Origin: Candidatus Izemoplasmataceae bacterium
Lineage (GTDB): Bacteria > Bacillota_I > Bacilli_A > Izemoplasmatales > Izemoplasmataceae
NCBI GenBank assembly: GCA_965659955.1
Contig: CBFHYA010000004.1
Location: 19,364 to 62,368 of the forward strand
DNA length: 43,005 nucleotides
Direction: 5' to 3'
A model generated the notes under the pieces. That model worked only from the letters and a program-made list of their open reading frames with translations. It had not been told where the DNA came from and made no database searches. This document shows positions 42,976 to 43,005 of this stretch, in pieces. The position numbers were made by a program, and so were the translations under genes. Within the stretch, counting starts at the first letter, position 1. Every line of letters begins with the position of its first letter.

Positions 42976-43005
42976 CGTAACTCCTTCAGGTGCGTGATGG
43001 ATGTG
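42972..43005 (-). CDS. 3' end of an upstream gene overlapping the coaD start (ATGA). By synteny it may be rsmD, but it cannot be identified from 11 codons.
   Basis: The reading frame is open from the window edge (...TSITHLKELR) to a TGA that shares 2 nt with the coaD ATG. Confidence 0.25.
   Translation of the reverse strand, partial: TSITHLKELR

Overview
This 43 kb window looks like a core chromosomal segment of a low-GC Gram-positive, Firmicutes/Mollicutes-like bacterium (Acholeplasma- or Erysipelotrichia-like; this is an inference). It uses the standard genetic code, and about 85% of the genes are on the minus strand. The backbone shows Bacillus-type synteny: xerD-deoB, lepA...hemW, truB-ribF-rpsO...pnp, trxA/mutS2/rnhC and coaD. 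It also carries RNase P RNA (rnpB) and five tRNA genes (Leu-GAG, Val-GAC, Arg-CCU, Gly-CCC, Arg-UCU). Several accessory modules are embedded in this backbone. (1) A monocistronic microbial rhodopsin carries the N-D-Q helix-C motif of light-driven Na+ pumps (KR2/NaR type). (2) About 3 kb away lies a five-gene nqrBCDEF-type Na+-NADH oxidoreductase operon with no nqrA and an RnfD-sized B subunit. (3) A CsoR/RcnR-family regulator that lacks the usual metal ligands sits, with a textbook ATACCC-N4-GGGTAT operator over its promoter, in front of a split, order-swapped AhpF (reductase module plus two-CxxC PDO-like module) with no AhpC. (4) A six-gene Opp peptide ABC system has strongly elaborated subunits. 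(5) An ABC-F ATPase is translationally coupled to an AAC(3)-type acetyltransferase. (6) A HEPN(Rx4H)-CBS fusion gene starts 19 nt after a CCA-less tRNA-Arg(CCU). A GltS-like symporter and a MATE exporter add to a Na+-coupled theme. I saw no rRNA genes, CRISPR arrays, IS elements or prophage genes. Every family assignment rests on motif reading by eye, since no database search was possible.
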